Origin: Lama glama
Lineage: Eukaryota
Direction of reading: 5' to 3'
NCBI GenBank assembly: GCA_028534125.1
Contig: CM052818.1
Location: forward strand, 25,174,001-25,238,000
Length of the DNA: 64,000 nt
Shown: positions 38,654-53,018 of the stretch, piece after piece
How positions within the stretch are numbered: the stretch's first letter is position 1
How the letters are laid out: each line of letters begins with the position of its first letter
Translations under genes and position numbers: made by a program
The notes under the pieces: model-generated
What the model saw: only the letters and a program-made list of their open reading frames with translations
Database searches by the model: none
What the model was told of the DNA's origin: nothing

Positions 38654-39899
38654 TAATTGTATTTTAATCAATAATTTAACTTTTTCTTTTTCTATCATTG
38701 TATACAGTGTTCATTAAAAAAATAGACTGGTCAAAATTATTGGGACTGAAAACAGATTAAGGAGATCATTAACAGGTTAACTAATTTAGGCATGTAAATT
38801 TGTGGATGGAACACACAGCCATAGAATATTCTACCATGCCAATTTTCATGCAGTGGAAAAGCTTTAAAGATTGGTACAGCTTTTGGAAACTTTGATATAG
38901 TTCCAGTTTTGCTAGAAAAACCCAACTCTTGATCCTACACATATCACATGTATTTTCACAGATCAGTCCATATTCTGAGAAATTTTTCAGCATTTTATTA
39001 TTTACAATATTGAACATTTTTGACATATCTTGGTTGCACACAAGATCAAATACATATTTCTTGGCATTTGGAGGCTTCCAGTATCTGATCTGCTTCGTTA
39101 ACCTTAAGTCCTACCAGTTGCCTCCACAGACCTTCCTCTCTAGCTGTGTTTGTCTGCTTGGTGTTCTTTGCCCAGTCTATAAAAGCTGTCTTAATCATTC
39201 ATTTATTTATTCAGTAAATGCTTTTAACTGCTTACTGTGTCCCAGGTATGCTATTAGTCATTGTGAATATAGTGGTGGACAGGTCTAGAGCTCTTTTGTT
39301 CACACCATTACTTTGAAGTAACAGCACTCTGGAGATCTTACATTCCCTTCAGCCCAAGAGCTCCCCTTTCTCTCCTGATGCCCTGGTCTGCCTCCTCAGC
39401 AGTCAGGTAACACTAACCTGGATGACTTATTTTCTTGCTTAGGATATGATGTATACCATTTTTAATATTGATTTGTCTTTTTATCAAACAGATCCATATT
39501 TTAAAAGTCAAATAGTGCTAAAGAGAAAAATTTCGTATAAAATTTTATGACATAGAAATTCTTCTAGTTGTGCCTGCTGCCACCTGTAGCATTGTCTACT
39601 ATTATTTATAGGCTTCGTGATATGATAGGTGGAGGTTTTAGCTTTCTTCATTCATCATCCAGTCTTCTCATCCTTTCAGCGTACTTGCTGAGTCAGTTAT
39701 TATACTATTATTGCACTTACTATCTTGAAATTTTTTCTATATTTAATAATTTCTTCATTTTTCATCTCCTTAGCTTTTATTTTTGATCCCTGGCCAAGAC
39801 TTCCATACCTTCACACATTCTGCAGTCTGTGAGATGCCTCTATACAGTTTTCCACACCATAAAGCCTATCAAATTATCTGTCAGTCCCGATTTTTGTTT

Positions 39900-40700
39900 G
39901 CTTTTGCTTTGTTTTAAATTTTTTTTCTTACTGAATTCTTTCCCTACTATTCCAATCTGAATTGTTTATTTTCTAGGTGTTTTGTATAGCTTCGCCCTGG
40001 GAATTTTTCATATTCAGCTTGGAAATTCATTTTCTGGAATCCAGGTCTTCCTCTTTCATTAATGTCTCCCTCTCACATGTTTTGGTAACTTCCTGAGAAA
40101 TTTGAGGAGAAAAATTTTGAGGCTCTGCGTGTCTAGCCTCACACTTGATTGATAATTTGGGTGAATACAGAATTCTAGGTTGGAGTTGTGAAGCATTTCT
40201 CTAGTGTCGTCTTTTCTCTGATGCTGATGGGAAGTGTGATGCCATTATGATAGATGATATTTGAGCGTAACCCCTCCCTGCTAGAGTCTTCGTGGTTTGG
40301 TATTCCATAGTGATATACCTCATAATGTTTTTGTTTGTTCTTTCTACCTTTATTCATTGTACTTGGCATTTGTGCTTTTCAATCAAGATTCATGTCTTTC
40401 GGTTCTGGGATATATTCTTGTATTATTTCTTGATAGTTTCTTTGCCATACTTTTTCCTACTTTCTTTCTGGAACTCACTATAATAATGATGTTACGTCTT
40501 GGACCACTTGAATGAATCTATTAATTTTCTTCAACTTCCTCTCACTTTTTTTTTTTTATTACCAGTTTCTCACTTTTTAAAAATCATTTTTGTTGTACTT
40601 TAAGATTTCCTTGGCTTTTGAGACTCATGCTTTCATGATGGAGGCTTCCTTCAGATGTCTAGTAATCCTTGTCTTCTGGTTTATATTGAAGAGCAAGGTA
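39900..40700 (-). mobile_element. Ancient HAL1/L1ME-like remnant
   Basis: ctcacacttgattgataatttgggtgaatacagaattctaggttgg and T-rich antisense composition. Confidence 0.55.
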
Positions 40701-43629
40701 CTTAAATGTGTCATACCTCTGTGTTTGTGGGAGTTAGCATATAAACCTGGTTTTTAGTGTTCCAGAACTGAGCAAGTGAAGGAAGCCAAGGAACTCATTG
40801 TTCTGTACACAGACTTCTGCTGCTTCCAACCCCCGCTCTCCCTTATTCCTGATGTCTCTCATTCAATTTTCCTTGGTCTTTATGCAGTAGGAATGGCAAA
40901 GGAGTAGTTGCTGGACCTTAATGGACGAGAAAAGGAATCTGGAGGACTAAGTGTTCATTATTTAGACTTGACATTTTCAAATACACCTGTTTTTAGCCCA
41001 GTGTTAACTCTGCTTTTGTAAGTTTGTAACCCTAATTTGTAAACCTTTCTGAGATTCTTAGGGGTTAAGAACCAGCTAGTTGAAATCTAGTCATCAATAA
41101 AGTAGTAACTGACGTACATTAAATTTTACTCATTTCTGGGGTTCTTAGCTTGCTGGTTGTTCTCCTCTGCACACAGTTACGTTTGTCCTTCCTCCTCTTT
41201 GCCACATCATTTGCTGTCATTTTCAGTCCAAATATGTCTTCTGGATTTTTCAAAGATAGTATGTTTATATTTTTTTGTTTGTTTGTTCTTCTTATTGTTT
41301 AGGGTTGATTTTTGAGAGGATTAAGAGTTTAAAGAGCTGTATATTACTATTTTTAGGTACTCTGTCTCCTCAGTTTGATTTTAAACATCTGGAGGAGCTC
41401 TCATTGAGTCTCCAGGGCCAGCATGGTTCTCTGTACATACTTAGTAAATGTTTGTTGATAACTGATCTCCAGCTGCAGCTTCAGAGATTAAAAACTAATG
41501 TCATTTTTTTAATGATGGAGTAGGTAATATCTTGGGAGTATGTGAAATTGTGAATCAGGCAGAGAAACATTTTGGAACACTCCCCCTCTTCAGCTCTTTC
41601 TAGGGTCATGTCTTTCCCACCTAAACTCTCAGGATGTAAAATCGAATGGAATCTCTCATTCATTTGACTTAGGTCAGCACAGTTAATCGGTTAATCAAAA
41701 AAGTCTGTTGAATTGGGGAAAAAAAAATCTCAAAATTAATGTACTACACCTGTACCTGAAACATTTTATTTCAATTTAAGGCATGTGAGTGTACTTTTTT
41801 TTTTTTTTTGCCAGTCTTTTGATCTAGGACCAAGGCCTTTTCTTTGGATCACTAGATAGAGTTTTCTATCTTATTAACATAAGCCATACCCACGTGAATC
41901 AACTACATTTCCTGGCTTGTGTGTCTCTGAAGTGCGTGGAGAACTTGGACAATACAAAGCATGTAATTTTTTTCCAGTCAGGTTTATCGAGGTATAAATT
42001 CAGCCTCATTAGGTATACTGTGTATGAATATTGAGTGACTTGTGGTAGTGAAAAATACCACTGCAATCAATGTACAAAATAGGTTTCCATACCCAGGAAG
42101 GTTTCCTTTTGTCCCCTTTTAGTAAATTTTTCTAGCCTCTGGCAACACCTGATCTGCATTCTATCTCTAGTGTTGCCTTTTCCCCCAATGTTATAATGTC
42201 ATACAAATGGAATTATGCAGTCTGTAGCCTTCTCAGTCTCTTTCAGCTGTCATGTTCTTAACCTGGGTTTCCAGATTTTTTTTTTTTGGTTTTGTCTTCA
42301 GAAACTTGTCTTCAACAAGTTTTTCTAAAGCATACACTTCAATTTTCATAACAACTTACTCTTTTCACTTTCCTAATTCAGTTTTTATGATATTTAATTT
42401 AATTATGTAGTTATAATAACAAATGTAACAAATAAACAGGTTCAGAGATGACTCAGTTGACTGTGGTAAGCATACATCTAAACTGGCAGGAGTAGAAATG
42501 CACGAGGTGGACTCTTTCCCTCCTATTTTTATGGAAGAAGGGAGAACATCGGCTAACTTGGGGAGCTAGTAGAGAGCCTGTCACCTGTGTGTGCTTTCAT
42601 ACTCTGCCGAGGCATTTCCCTCAGCTGGCTAGAATCGAGCCATCAATTAAGTTACAAATGACTTACTTTAAAATTCACTTTTCTTATGATAATTTGAATA
42701 TTCATAAGAGCTACTCTTAAGATCTAAAACATTTTAAGACCAAACATTCTCAAAGTTAGAGAGGGATTTTTTTGTTTGTTTATGTATTAACTTTATTGAT
42801 TTGCTTTACTTTCCTGAAATCATACCAGGAAGACATACGTGTAAGGCTGCCTGTTTAAATCACAGTTTTGCTATGTAAGAGTTGAAATGTTTATCTCAGT
42901 TATTTTCAAAGCTACTATTAAGGATTTGAAATTTTTTATATTTGAAAATTAATATAATTATTTAATCAATCAAATACAAATTTATAGAGGTATAATTAGA
43001 ATCAACCTACAGCAAAGTTAAACAAAATAAATAGTGAATTTAGGTAACTTTCCTCTGAGTGAACATTTTTTTAACAGAAGACACTCATTTTAAAAACTTT
43101 CCACCACCCAATTAAGTTTATAGTAAATATAAGTTAAGTGCTAAGTGAAGATTATTGGTGCCCCAATAAATAGTTTTGGTCACGTGAAAACAGTCAGAGG
43201 TCAGGTTGCAGTTTATTGATCTAAGGAGATAGAGCTAAAAATTATAAATTTTATATTTATTACAGCATGTCATTTCTCTATAGAATTTTGCATCTACAGA
43301 GGAAGAGAAATTGGGGTGTGGACAAGTTTGGTACATGTTACTCTGTTACAGTTGTAAAAATGTATAAATCTTTATAGTGAATAGTTTAACAAAATAATAA
43401 AGAAGTAACTAGTAAGGGCTTGAGATGGAAGGTCTTGTAACATGTCAAGATCTTGGGAAAGATGGACCTTTTAAGTACCACGTACTTATTTAAGTACCAC
43501 ATATTATTCAGATGTCAAGGCCTGCATGGGCCTCAGTTTAGATAGTAATGGTTCCATGTTCCTCTGGTGGGAATATGAAGGAAAATACAGTAAACAGAAG
43601 GTTTTTCTTTTCTGGAATATCTCCTTCAG

Positions 43630-43761
43630 GATGGCTCCAGAAGTTGCAGCCGTTGAGAGGAAAGGGGGGTACAATCAGCTCTGTGATCTGTGGGCCGTGG
43701 GAATCACTGCCATAGAACTTGCTGAGCTTCAGCCTCCTATGTTTGACTTGCACCCAATGAG
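43630..43761 (+). CDS. MAP4K3: MAP4K3 exon 9: [43 protein letters not shown](R)
   Basis: ctccttcag acceptor; AG|gtcagt donor; visible in ORF 43526..43780. Confidence 0.98.
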
Positions 43762-43943
43762 GTCAGTGTGTCACAGTTGAAGAATCCTATGCTTAAATTA
43801 AGGCCCCCTCCCCATCCTGGTATTCCTTATTATATCATGAACAAATAATACTTACCTTATTTGGGAATAGTAGTAGTAGAATTAATATTATATATTAAAA
43901 TATGCCATCTTAAAATGCTGTTAAATGATTGTTGATTTTTCAG

Positions 43944-44006
43944 AGCATTATTTCTAATGACAAAAAGCAATTTTCAGCCTCCTAAACTAAAGGATAAAAT
44001 GAAGTG
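43944..44006 (+). CDS. MAP4K3: MAP4K3 exon 10: ALFLMTKSNFQPPKLKDKMK(W)
   Basis: tttttcag acceptor; TG|gtaagt donor. Confidence 0.96.
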
Positions 44007-44091
44007 GTAAGTATTTTCGTGTTATTTACTTTTATAGTCCTGAGCAAAAAAAGAACTGAAATTAAAAATCTTTATTTTCAACATTTCTTAG

Positions 44092-44173
44092 GTCAAATAG
44101 TTTTCATCATTTTGTGAAAATGGCACTTACCAAAAATCCCAAAAAAAGACCTAATGCTGAAAAATTACTCCAG
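44092..44173 (+). CDS. MAP4K3: MAP4K3 exon 11: [27 protein letters not shown]
   Basis: tttcttag acceptor; CAG|gtatta donor; kinase subdomain XI. Confidence 0.96.
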
Positions 44174-44275
44174 GTATTATTTTTGCCCTGAAATATGTCT
44201 TTTTTCAAAAAGATAAAATGTTACTCAATCAGACTTCTAATAAGTGTTCTGTACTATATTATTTTATTTTTGTAG

Positions 44276-44386
44276 CACCCGTTTGTCACACAGCCTTTGA
44301 CACGGTCTTTGGCAATTGAACTTTTGGATAAAGTGAATAATCCAGATCATTCTACTTACCATGATTTTGATGATGATGATCCTGAG
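44276..44386 (+). CDS. MAP4K3: MAP4K3 exon 12: HPFVTQPLTRSLAIELLDKVNNPDHSTYHDFDDDDPE
   Basis: tttttgtag acceptor; GAG|gtagga donor; end of the kinase domain (HPF). Confidence 0.96.
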
Positions 44387-45367
44387 GTAGGAATTGTTTT
44401 TACCAACTAGTGTATATAACATGTATGAATATATGTATGTGCATCTCAAGATCCATTTTTTTTAAGTTCTGGGTCTAGTTTAAACAAAAAAATCTTGGGG
44501 GAAGAATTAACTCTTTGACTTTGCCTGTCCTTGGGAAGTCCTGTGCTGGATTTTTCCTGTTCACTACTTATAGAGACTGTTTTCTGAAAATGGCAAAGGC
44601 AGAATCATCTAATCTACTTGTTGAAATTGCTGTGCTAAATTTTAGATGAAGTTGCCAAATAAATCATCCTTTATAAAAGAGAGTGCAAATGGGAAGCACT
44701 TACACAAGATGTTAAAATATACTCAAAATTTCTATTCCATTTTCTTCTCAAAAAGAACCCTTTTTCAATACTTTATGAGTTATTAGCGGTTAGTGAAAAG
44801 TATAGGGTTAACTTTGTTGGTGACTAAAACCCTGATTGTCCACTATGGAAATGTTTAAAAATGAGCCAGTGTAAGTTAAGAGAATTAAGTAACCCTAGTA
44901 TGATGGGAGCATGGGTATTAATGGAAGTTTAACTTTGGTTGGCGTGTTTAACATTCCTAACTTAGCCAATAATCATGGCACCTGAGATAAACTCAGTATA
45001 TGTGACATGTCAGAATTCTGTTATTGGGTATGTAACTGAGCTGGATAGCCTTGAACTTGACCGGCTTTATGGAAGGTACTTAAAATGGTGTAAATTTCAT
45101 CGATGATACTGAAGGAACAATAGCTCTCAGTGGTGTAAAGATGCCACAGATTCTCTTAAATCAGAGAACCTTTCTATCAGTTCACCATTGTTCTAACTTG
45201 TCATCTTTATGCAACTGAAAACAAGATACTGTCCTTTTGTTTAAAGGTCTGGAAAGGCATTTGGAAACAAAAACTTAAGAAATATGAAGTTTTATTGACT
45301 TTATACTAGGGAGAAATTGGTTTTTGTTGTTTTTACTTTATAAATTCTTCTACTATAATTTAATGTA

Positions 45368-46470
45368 CAGGCATTCCTTGATTTGCGTGGTAGTATGAGA
45401 CTGTAAAAGTGATCATGTGAGCTGAAATCCTGCAAAGCAATCTTAATAGTCAGTAAGGAAAATTATAATTGTTTTGTGACCTTAAAAAATGTCAGAAGAT
45501 TTGAAACTCTCATGGTCAGTTTTAAATGTATAGGAAAAGAAAAAAGAAAAAAATGTATAGAGAAGTGAAAAAATAACAATGCTAATATTTATTACATTGC
45601 AAGTTGAAATACTAGAACCTGTGAGAATTAACTTGTTTCTTTTCTTTGTAAAAAAAAAAAACTTATGTGGATTGTTTACTTCTCAAGTAGTCTGCTTATT
45701 GAGTAGATTGTGCAGTGCTTGCTTTCTTGTTGTATAACTTTTTGACACAGAGCAAGTATTTTTTTTTATGCCTTGGTGAATGTCATATTCCTTTCTAAGT
45801 TCAAATCAGCTTCCAACATTTTATCCTTTGAACTTTCATTGCATGAAATAATTTCAGTATCCCTGTGATGTGAAGTTTTTTATTGGCGCCTCTTCTTCTG
45901 GGACATCATCGTCCTTTTTATCAGAATTTCTTTCTTCTCATCTGTCAAGTTCACATTCGCTAAGTTACCCTGGCTGTATGTCTACAGTTTCTTGAACAGT
46001 GGCAGTGTCAGCATTCTCACAGTCAGCTATTTTCTTCTATAATTTCATTTATGTTTGATTCAAACTTCATTTCCAACATTATCCAGTGTTATCACTTTGT
46101 TTCTTTGCAGCAGTTTTATCTTTGTTGGCTAATTCCTTCTTTCAGTTATCTTTTTTTTTTTTTTAATGTTACATAAGTATATTATTACTGGGAGACAAGG
46201 AGGCAACACAACTGTGCACTTTACTGTCTGTGCGTGAACTGAGTAACAGATACTCGGTGGCCAGTCACAGACAGACTTTGAAAGAAGTGATGTGGTTAGT
46301 CATTATCAAGATTTGCATCTGTTTTTCACATAGTGATTTGTGGACTGAAGAGCTAGCAGTGAAGTTTGTATTTTATACAGTTATAATTAATATACTGAAT
46401 AACACACAATTAATATTATATACTATTATACAATTAATATGCTGGTGACTGAAATTTGAACCAATTATAG
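45368..46470. mobile_element. Tigger6-like TcMar DNA transposon remnant
   Basis: ta|cagg...tttgcgtggtagtatgagactgtaaaagtgatcatgtgagctgaaatcctgcaaagcaatcttaata...gtgactgaaatttgaacc. Confidence 0.75.
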
Positions 46471-48431
46471 AAGCAACTTGTCGAATAAAGATTCTTCTGA
46501 AGCTTTCTCACGTAGCAGAGAAAGAAGGGTATCCTTCTCAAGATTATGTTGTTGGTTGTAGGTTGGGGAGTAACTTTTCTTCTCACCAAGTTTAAGATCA
46601 TAGTTTTTCCAGAGAAATTTATAATAATTTATACATATATAATACTACACTGTGTATATGTTGTACATACTATAATAATAGTATCTAACTGTCTTATTAT
46701 TTACAAATGATCTGTAATTGTAATTGCCGAGTGCTGTGTTGTCACTCAAAATTTGAACATGTCTAGGATTTCAGCACTTGCTGTGATACTGTACATACTA
46801 TGCGGAAGCTGAATTCTCTTGAAAATATTTAGCACGTGTACTAGTTCTACTTTAGTCTTTAGTTTTTAAAATTTATTACACTTTATACCCAGTGGAAGAA
46901 AATTGACTTACCATGTAGGGGTCCCATGTACTTGAGAAGTCGTACACCTTGAAGTATTGTGATTCTGATTTTTACTTGATAGTGTTTTCCTCTATATGTT
47001 AACTCATTTACCATGTACAGCATTATAAGATTTAATAATTTTATAATTATACCATTTAAGCCAGAAAAATAAAATTGTTCTTATAGGCGATCGTAGGTTT
47101 CATCCATGTTCACTGATGACAGCAGACTCTGTGACTAACCTGATACCTATTTTTGCTTGTTTTTGCTCCAAATACTGTGATGAAAAATCCAAGGTTTTTT
47201 CCAGTTCTGTAGCTAACTAGCTGAATGTCCTCTATAAAGTGAAGATTAATACTTGTTTCACAAGTTTATTTTGAGGACAAAATAAGCTTAGGTATGTGAA
47301 AATACTTTGTAAACTACAAATCACTGTGTACATGTAAAATTTAAATACTTAAAGTTTTTAAGTTATTTTTGCTACTGTTTTACTGCCATTGGTATTTTAA
47401 TATTTGGGTTTTTTAGACTCATGTATCTTAATTTCCTGAGAGGTGCCTACACTGAGAATCACTGGGTCCTGTTCTTGATTTGCCTTGTAGAATCTTAAGA
47501 ATTTGAGCTCAGATGTTTATGAATTACATTTTCCACAGAGATGTGTAGGAGTGTATCACCTTCAAAGGTAGTAACTTCAAAGGTAGTGTTTCACACACAG
47601 GGGAAAAAAAGCCTATTTGGTACACGAAGTAGATGCTGGCTCTCTAAGGTGAGACCTTGGAGTGTATGGGATAGAGCTGCAGAAGCTTTCCAAATAAGGC
47701 CTCTTTTACTCCATAAGTTTCGAGGACTGTCCATGAATTAATAGTAAGAACTCGTCCCCACTTCACCTACCCGCCAGGATATTTCTCCCTGAAAGTGACA
47801 ATACATGTAGAGAGATTTTAAGAAAGTAAAAGGAAAGAAAATAGAGAGCTGCTTCTACAAGGAAAAACATTTAAAGAGGGGGCAGTTTGTGTTTACTTTT
47901 AAGTAAAAGGATCATAAATCATTAATGCCTTCCGGATTATTCATTTATCTCATCCTTCTTGATATAAGAAATTGAGGCAGATTTTTTTTTAATTACTGTT
48001 TTCTCTGCAACAGGGAAAGCTAGCTGCAGCTTTTCAACGGCTCTTGAATTGTTAAAATATTCAGCTTTGAATATTTATTTAACTCAGAAAACATGTGTTG
48101 GGAACCTGCTGTGAATAAACTATATCCCTAATCTTAAGAAGCTCCCAGTTTAAGAAATGAGAAGCTTTCAGTTTGTGATTGCCTTTTTTTTTTTAAGATT
48201 AACAAAGTTGTATTTTCTTCCCATTTTTCTTTATTTTTTATGGTGATACTCTTTTTTTAATCGATTCTTCATCATATTTAATAACTAAAGATTTTTGAGG
48301 TGGTTCAAAAGGTTTTTTAAATTGAAGTACACTCAATTTGTTCCCATTTTTATATAAAATGAAGTATTTCTCTAATTTGAGGTAATTCTGTGAACCACAC
48401 TGTAACTTGTCATTGGTTTTGTTCTTCCCAG

Positions 48432-48510
48432 CCTCTTGTTGCTGTACCACATAGAATTCACTCAACAAGTAGGAACGTGAGAGAAGAGAAAACACGCTCA
48501 GAGATAAACT
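48432..48510 (+). CDS. MAP4K3: MAP4K3 exon 13: PLVAVPHRIHSTSRNVREEKTRSEIN(F)
   Basis: ttcttcccag acceptor; CT|gtaagt donor. Confidence 0.95.
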
Positions 48511-48789
48511 GTAAGTATACTATACACAGTGTATAGTTTAACAATGGAAAATAAAATTTCAGGTTATAATTGAGTTACCATTATTTTTGCTTCATTTTCT
48601 TCCAGATAATTTTTCTTATTAGACCCCTTGAAAGGTAGAATTTAATGAAGGCAGTAAGAATTTCATTTTTCTTATTCCTGGGGGCCCTGTGGTGGTGACC
48701 AGGGGCAGGTATTTATGTTGTTATTGTTTGGGAAGAGGAATAAAATTCCTAGAATAGACAGGAAAGAAGTAATCAAGGAAGTGCTTCCT

Positions 48790-49100
48790 AAACGTAGACG
48801 TGTGTAGACCTCGCTTAGAGAGCTTGCTCAAATGCAGTTTTTGATTCAGTATATCTGGGATGAGACCTTAGGTTCTTTACTTCTGGGTTAGATAGAGGCT
48901 GACGGTCCATGGCCCACACTGAGTAGCTTGGAGAGGTGAAGGTCTGCAAACTGGATTGGCGTCTGAGTAACCTGAGAGCCTTTAAAAATGGGTTTTCAGG
49001 TCCCACTTTTCCACAGATCCTGGTTCGTTAGGTCTTCCTTTAAAAGTAATCTACCTTTTAAAATAGCTCTTCATATAATTCTTATGAACAACCATGTTGT
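48790..49100. mobile_element. MER5-like hAT fragments
   Basis: tgattcagtatatctgggatgagacct...ggtccatggcccacactgagtagc. Confidence 0.6.
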
Positions 49101-52100
49101 GGGCCCACCGAGACAAACCATTCAGTTCACTTGGGATCCGGTACTGTCAACCCACCGATGATTAACTTTTCCAACAGGAATCTCTGGAATAATAGTACCT
49201 TAACTTTTTTGGTTTTGGAAGCATTAATTCCTATGACTTAAAATGCTTAATTTCATACCATCAGGCTTACAAAGACAATTTTCTGTGAATTAAAGATTTA
49301 TCCAGAGGAGTTAAAGTCCGAAACGACCTCAGTGATGTTAGGTCATGTAGTAACTTAAGATAACTACCGTTAAGAAGCTTTTCCCAATTTTTGTCTGCAT
49401 TAGTAACGATAATAATAATATATTTCATACTTTAATTCAGATAAATTCATCTCTTCATCTGAAGAGCTAAGTAAGGTAAGTAAGGACAGGCACTATCAAC
49501 ATTTAGTAGAAAACGAAAAAGAAATGCAGAGACAAATCGATTTGCCTGTAGGACGGAGTCATACACCTAGTTAACAGCAAGCCTGAGCTCTCTCGACCTC
49601 CAGCCCGGTGGTCTTTCTCAAACACTGCTCCAGTTCAGAAACCATCTCAGCACACCTGTGTGGCCTTTACACTGGAAGTCCCTCATGAACCTTCCTTTGA
49701 AATTTTCTCTGGACCATATACTGTGTACTAAGTTCTTGGAAAAGTTTGGTGCTAGTGCTGCGTGGAAATGCTCTTAAAAGGAGGAAATTCTTGAAAGAAA
49801 ACACGATGCACTGTACAAAACACCTAGGACTGGGATTTGTACTTTGTTTGCCTACAGTTAGTTGTGTGAACACATAAAATTACCTTTACAGCTGCCTCTG
49901 AAGCCACATGATTTACTTTACTAACGTCCCCCCCAAAAGTATTTTTTGAAAATGGCAACCTTAGTATGGGAGCATTTCTCTTTTTTTTTCATATAAAAAA
50001 AGTAATTTCAAGATGTCTTTGTTGTTTCTTTAATAATACAAAAAGTAATTAGAGATACCTTTGTAATTGATTTAGAAAACCTTGTGTTCAGTATTATTGA
50101 AAATCTAAAGTACTCTCTATCTTGTTATCCAATTCTGTTTTAAAATTCTGTTGTCAGGCCCTTTGTTGCAAAGTGCAGTTACTTCTGGATCACTCTTTAG
50201 TAGTTTCAGTGATTCCCAGCTCCTAACTGCATATGCATGTAATAAATGCTATTTGAAACTAGTTGCCTCTGCCCCATTGTTTCTGAGATTCTGACATGCT
50301 CTCCTCTTGGTGGGAGTAGGTAATACATGGTGGACATCTTACCTTCTCCCTGTTTACCAGTAAGACAGGGGACATATCCCTCTAGTGTGTTGAGGTGGCA
50401 GTAGAATTAAAACCACCACTTTTAATAATTTGTGGGTTTGATATTTGAGGCTTTTAAATCTTACACAGTGTTCTAATATTTGCTTTCTTAGGATGTTTTA
50501 TGATTTCATATGAGGTATGATACATAGAACAGTCAATTGTGCTATTGATGATAAAGACAGGCTTTGGAAAAATAATTTATTTTAATAATTGTATGCATCT
50601 ATTCCTCCTGATAATGTTTATGTTTACAATTATGTGCTGTCTCTCGGTGCAACCAAGGTTTTCTCTATTAAACTAAATTGTGTTTAGGCAGCGTGTATGT
50701 AAAAACTGACTCATTTGTAGAAAAGGTGTTACTATTTCCCTTTTAGGATGTCCCCTCTGCCTTCAGTTCAGTATTATAAGCAAAACTTGCTTTAAGAATA
50801 AATGGTTCTGGGGCTCTTCTTATCTGACATAGGAGGATCAGTTTTGACCCATCATGACTAATAAAGGGTCAGCAAATAATCATATTGGAGCTGTTTCACA
50901 GAAGCTAAGAAGGAGTTTTCATCTGGATATTAAAATACAAGTTTATGGGGTATGGTTTAATGTACGTTCAAGGAGATGGTAGAGGGAGCAGAGACCAATA
51001 GACAATGACAGCTAAATAGGCATTTTCGACATTATGAAGAACATCATAAAACAGCATGGCAGCCTGCAGTGATTGACCAACAGTTATTTGAACAGTAACT
51101 GGAAGGTCCTGTGGCAGAAACTTGTCATAACTTTAGGGCATTTGAAGAGAACAGAAGAGTGATACCAGGACATGAAGGATGAATCTCCGTAGGGGCTCCT
51201 CTTTTTGAGAATGCATTCCCACAGGGGTGTTGAACACATGCTACAGTCCTGTCCTTGTTATGAAAGTTAGTCTAAGACAACATCCCTGCACCCCTGTACT
51301 CAGTTATACAGTCTGGTGGAAACAGGCATGTTCACATGTGACCTTAACACAAGGCAGGTAGATGCATAAAACTGTCTTCATGTGACGTTATTTACAGATT
51401 TGATTTTGCTATTTGATGACAAGTGTGTGTGAGAGCTTTTCAGTAAGCCTCTATCAAGGTGAGAGAGAGAGAGAGAGACTCATGAAATCTATGTTTTAAT
51501 TCCTTAGTAAAAGCTATTTGATCATCTTTTGATGTGTGATCATATGTGAGCAGGTATGCGGAACCCATTATTGTAAAGCCTACTTATCTCTAAGGGTCAG
51601 AATTTGATATCTAGTGCATAACAACTATAAAGCATATACATACTTCACAACTGTAGATCTTGTAGGGCTATGTTTCTCAACCTTTTTTACGTGTGCCTCC
51701 TCTTGCTAAATATTCAAATCTCATGGTCTCCTTTAATTGGTATTAACACTCACAATAAATCATACATACTAAGCTAAAATCAAAACAATTATAAAATGAT
51801 TGTACTTTGAAATCTCACTCATTTCCCTACCTTGATTGAGAATTACTGTTTTGGCTGCAGCTCTTAGTAGTTGAGCTGTCATATATTTGTCATTATCTAT
51901 TTTTCTTCCTTTAAGTGTTTTACATTTGTGCTCTGTCTTTATCTCAGTGATCTTGAATGCTGTACCCAGGTTATAAAAGTAGATAATAACAATGATAGTG
52001 AGATACAAAAATTAAAGGTAAAGTTATTGAAACATTCATAAAATTAGAATAGCAGGGAGAAAGGTGAGTGTAGTTCAGTTAATTTGTATCTGCTTTAGCT

Positions 52101-52107
52101 ACAGTAG

Positions 52108-52588
52108 TGTATTAGTTATTTATTGCTATATAACAAATTACCCCCAAATTTAGCAGCTTATAACAAACATTATCTCACACATATTCTGAGGGTCAGGAAT
52201 CCAGGATAGCTTAGCTGGGTGATTCTGGCCCAGGATCTATCATAAAGTTACAATCAGGATGTAAGCTGGAGCTGCGGTGTTCCAAAGGTTTGAATAGGTT
52301 TGAGGGTTTGCTTCCAAGGTTATTCACATAACTGTTAGCTGGAGGCTTCAGTTCTTTGCCTTGTAGTGTCTCCTTGGGGCTGCTCACAGCATGACTTCTC
52401 CAGAGCCAGTAATCCAGTATAAAGAGCCCAAGACAGAACCCTTATCTCAGAAGTTAAATGTCATCACTCTGTTGTATTCATTTGGTCACAGAGACCACCC
52501 CTGGCTATGTGGGAAGGGACTACACAAGTTAATGAACACCAGGGGGCAGGACTCATTAGAAGCTGTCTTGCAGGCTGGCTTCCGACAG
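52108..52588 (-). mobile_element. MaLR LTR, MLT1F/G-like
   Basis: tgtattagttatttattgct...aacaaattacccccaaatttagcagctt...gggtcaggaatccagg...gggaagggactacaca. Confidence 0.85.
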
Positions 52589-52959
52589 TACTGTGCTTCA
52601 CTTGCTACCTGCACATCTAAGTCCTAAGTTAAGGTTGTCTCTATTTTATGCTGGGTCACAGTGAAGTAGTATGTTAAATCCTGACTGTAACGTACACATA
52701 ATTTTGCTAATCATTCTTTTTTTACCATGGAAAAGGCCTAGAATTATTAGATTAAGCTTTAATAGCTTAGACTTTCTTGGATTTGTTTTTTTTTTTTTTC
52801 AGCTAACAGATTCTTTATTTAAATCTTTGAATGGTGATTAGTGTGTGGTAGATGGTAAAATTAAATGTGTTTTGCCATGGAGTAGCTTTTTAAATTATTA
52901 TATCGTTAAGAATATAGAAACAGACAAGTCTTTACTTTTTTACTTTTTTTATTTTTTAG

Positions 52960-53018
52960 TTGGCCAAGTAAAATTTGACCCACCTTTAAGGAAAGAGACA
53001 GAACCTCATCATGAACTT
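52960..53018 (+). CDS. MAP4K3: MAP4K3 exon 14: GQVKFDPPLRKETEPHHEL
   Basis: T-rich tag acceptor; CTT|gtaagt donor; visible in ORF 52845..53045. Confidence 0.96.

Noticed and set aside
43526..43780. Stand-alone 84-aa kinase-like ORF or pseudogene
   Set aside because: It is exon 9 plus intronic read-through; all exons splice in frame with no stops
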